Source of the DNA: Actinomycetes bacterium
GTDB taxonomy: Bacteria; Actinomycetota; Actinomycetes; JAKEEW01
DNA: 12,320 bases
NCBI GenBank assembly: GCA_035263265.1
Contig: DATFRM010000179.1
Span: 1 to 12,320 of the forward strand
Reading direction: 5' to 3'
Each line of letters opens with the position of its first letter. Positions within the stretch are counted from its first letter, which is position 1. Made by a program: the position numbers and the translations under genes. The notes below the pieces were generated by a model. The model was not told the DNA's origin, made no database searches, and worked only from the letters and a program-made list of their open reading frames with translations. Of the stretch, positions 6,131-12,320 are shown in pieces.

Positions 6131-7141
6131 ATGAGCCTGTACGGTGCGGGCCGACATCCCGATATGGCTCGGCTGTCCATGGAAGGTCGGCTGCCCGGTT
6201 TCGACGGGGCGACCGGTTGGCTCAATTCGGCGCCGCTGGCGCCGGCGGACCTGTACGGCAAGGTCGTTCTCGTCGATTTCTGGACGTACACCTGTATCAA
6301 CTGGCTGCGCACACTCGCCTACGTCCGTGCGTGGGCCGAGAAGTATCGCGATCGGGGATTGGTCACCGTCGGCGTCCACACACCCGAGTTCCCGTTCGAG
6401 CGCGGCATCGAGAATGTCCGTCAGGCTGTGACGGACATGCGGGTCGGGTATCCGGTCGCGATCGACAGCGACTATGCGATCTGGCGAGCATTCGGCAACC
6501 GGTACTGGCCGGCGGTGTACATCGCTGATGTCCAAGGGCGGATCCGGCACCACCAATTCGGCGAGGGTGGATACGACGAGTGCGAGTGGGTCATTCAGCG
6601 GTTGCTCCGGGACGCGGGCGGCGAGGACATCGAGGCCGAGTTGGTCTCTGTCACTCCCGATGGGTTCGAGGCTCAAGCCGATTGGTCGAACCTGCGGTCG
6701 CCTGAGACGTACCTCGGTTACACACAAGGCCAGAACTTCGTCTCTGCGAACGGCGCCGACTTCGACGAATCTCGCACCTATGTCGCTCCGGTCCCGCTGA
6801 AGCTCAACCAATGGGCGCTGTCCGGGGACTGGACGATTGAGCGGGGCGCGAGCGTCCTGGATCGAGCCGACGGGCGGATCGTGTTCCGCTTCCACGCCCG
6901 CGACGTCAATCTCGTCCTCGGACCGCGGGAGCGAGGCGCCTCCGTGCCGTTCCACGTGCTCATCGACGGCGAACAGCCGGGCGATGCGCACGGCGTGGAC
7001 GTCGATGAGCAAGGCCGCGGAACCGTCCTCCAGCAGCGGCTGTATCAACTGGTTCGGCAGCCGGGGCCGATCATCGATCACACGTTCGAGATCACCTTCC
7101 ACGCTCCCGGCGTCGAGGCCTACGTGTTCACGTTCGGCTAG
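6131..7141 (+). CDS. Thioredoxin-fold redoxin-domain protein with a C-terminal beta-rich domain (DipZ C-terminal-like). The active-site position reads T-C-I-N-W, with no CxxC.
   Basis: Thioredoxin-like signature ...KVVLVDFWTYTCINWLRTL...GLVTVGVHTPEFPFER...YWPAVYIADVQGRI. A C-terminal ~180 aa Gly/Asp/Val-rich domain resembles the carbohydrate-binding-like domain fused to the redoxin domain in DipZ-type proteins. ATG 6131 is preceded by GGGG at 6-10 nt. TTG 6119 and ATG 6164 are alternative starts. No signal peptide or TM segment. TAG stop at 7139-7141. Confidence 0.65.
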   Translation: MSLYGAGRHPDMARLSMEGRLPGFDGATGWLNSAPLAPADLYGKVVLVDFWTYTCINWLRTLAYVRAWAEKYRDRGLVTVGVHTPEFPFERGIENVRQAVTDMRVGYPVAIDSDYAIWRAFGNRYWPAVYIADVQGRIRHHQFGEGGYDECEWVIQRLLRDAGGEDIEAELVSVTPDGFEAQADWSNLRSPETYLGYTQGQNFVSANGADFDESRTYVAPVPLKLNQWALSGDWTIERGASVLDRADGRIVFRFHARDVNLVLGPRERGASVPFHVLIDGEQPGDAHGVDVDEQGRGTVLQQRLYQLVRQPGPIIDHTFEITFHAPGVEAYVFTFG

Positions 7142-7164
7142 CACGGATCCCCACCCGGCCGAGA

Positions 7165-8644
7165 CTAGGCGGCGGTGAGCGGCCTGTCCGTGGGAGTGAC
7201 CGGCGCGGGCAACCTGGTGGTGCTCCCGAGATACGCGTCGATCGCCGCCGCGGCCGAGCGACCCTCGGCGATCGCCCACACCACGAGTGATGCCCCGCGG
7301 TGGGCATCGCCGGCGACGAATACGCCTGGCACCGTGGTCTGCCAGTCCGGACCGCAGTCGAGCGTGCCGCTCGCATTGCGAGTCAGGCCGAAACCGTCGA
7401 GCAGCGGACCGAGCTCGGTGCCCTCGAAACCGATGGCGAGCAGCACCAGATCTGCTGCCAGCTCTCGCTCGCTGCCGGCATGCGGGGCCATCACCCGGGC
7501 GCCGTTCACGTGCGAGACCGTGGCATTTGCGATGCGGACGGCCCGCACCGCGCCGCGGCCGTCGGCCACGAACGACTGGACCATGACCGCGAACCGCCGC
7601 TCGCCGCCTTCCTCGTGAGCCGGGTACGTGCGGAGCAGCCACGGCCAGGTGGGCCACGGATCGCGCGACTCATCCCGCTCACCCGGCGGGGTGGGATACA
7701 GATCGAGCTGGACGACACTCGCGGCGCGCTGCCGGTGCGCCACACCGAGGCAGTCGGCGGCCGTGTCACCGCCACCGATGATCACGACGTGCTTTCCCTG
7801 CGCCGAGACATCCGGGCAGTCCGCAGCCGGCGGCAGGCCCGCCACCGCCCGGTTGGCCGCCACCAGATGGGTCATCGCCAGCTGGATCCCGGCCAACTCT
7901 CGTCCCGGAGCGTTCGGGACATCGCGCGCGGCGAGGGCACCGGTGGCCAGGAGCACCACGTCGAACCCGGCGCGCAGCTCGGCGACGCTCATACCCACGC
8001 CGACGTCCACCCCGGTGCGGAACTGGACTCCCTCCGCGCCTAGCTGCTCCAGCCGGCCGTCGATCCAGCGCTTCTCCAGCTTGAAGTCCGGAATGCCGTA
8101 GCGCAGGAGTCCGCCAAGCGCGTCGTCCCGTTCGAATACGGTCACGGCGTGGCCGGCCCGTACCAGCTGCTGCGCGGCGGCGAGCCCGGCAGGCCCGGAT
8201 CCGATCACCGCCACCCGGCGGCCGGTGTAGGGGGCCGGCCCCGAAGGAGTCAACCCGGCGGCAAATCCCCGGTTGATGATCTCCAGCTCGACCTGCTTGA
8301 TGGTGACCGCGCCCGGCCCGCCCGGTATCGCGAGCACGCACGCGGACTCGCACGGCGCGGGGCACAGTCGTCCGGTGAACTCGGGGAAGTTGTTGGTGGC
8401 GTGCAGCGCATCGGCCGCCTCGGCCCAGGCGCTGGTGCGCACCAGCTCGTTCCAATCCGGGATCCGGTTGCCGAGCGGGCAGGCTTGATGACAGAACGGC
8501 ACGCCGCAGTCCATACACCGTCCCGCCTGCTCGCGGATGAGGTGCTCGCCCGCATCCAGGTACACCTCGCGCCAGTCGCTCAGACGTACCGGCACCGGGC
8601 GCCGAGCCGGAGTACGCCGCTCGTGCCGCAGGAAACCGGTCGGG

Positions 8645-8652
<8 letters not shown>
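7165..8652 (-). CDS. gltD: Glutamate synthase (NADPH) small subunit
   Basis: MPDPTGFL... N-terminus. Two Cys clusters for the Fe-S centres ([23 protein letters not shown]). Two Rossmann motifs ([27 protein letters not shown]). Sits immediately downstream of gltB. GTG start at 8652-8650 overlaps the gltB stop. Confidence 0.9.

Positions 8653-12320
<3,668 letters not shown>

Noticed and set aside
6029-7657. 542-aa minus-strand ORF antisense to the redoxin gene and the gltD 3' end
   Set aside because: Extremely Arg/Gly/Pro-rich ([25 protein letters not shown]...). This is typical of the GC-rich antisense frame of real genes, with no domain-like segments. The sense-strand genes have clear family signatures.
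7300-8043. 247-aa plus-strand ORF inside gltD
   Set aside because: Antisense artefact. gltD on the minus strand has Fe-S and Rossmann motifs and operon context.

Overview
High-GC (roughly 70%) actinomycete-type chromosomal segment carrying ten protein-coding genes and no detectable tRNA, rRNA, CRISPR array, transposase or integrase. Left to right: (1) the 3' part of a large STAND (NB-ARC-like) ATPase regulator with C-terminal TPR repeats, AfsR/SARP-like or related, running off the window start; (2) a convergent, 23-nt-overlapping DUF1006 (YcaQ/AlkZ-family) winged-helix DNA glycosylase-like protein carrying an H-A-Q (H-phi-Q) motif; (3) a HIT-family hydrolase; (4) a two-gene minus-strand unit of a small ABM/Dabb alpha+beta-barrel protein followed by an SPFH/stomatin (band 7) membrane protein, separated by a perfect 12-bp-stem hairpin; (5) a GNAT N-acetyltransferase; (6) a convergent, 25-nt-overlapping small winged-HTH (ArsR-like) regulator; (7) a divergent thioredoxin-fold redoxin (DipZ C-terminal-like) whose active-site position reads C-I-N-W instead of CxxC; (8) the glutamate synthase operon, with gltD complete and gltB running off the right end. 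The long antisense ORFs in the six-frame track are Arg/Gly/Pro-rich GC artefacts. I cannot name a single clearly novel multi-gene system with confidence. The most system-like candidates are the STAND regulator plus AlkZ-like glycosylase pair (possible edge of a genotoxin biosynthetic cluster, or alternatively an Avs-like defence STAND), the ABM-hairpin-SPFH unit, and the wHTH/monothiol-redoxin divergent pair.
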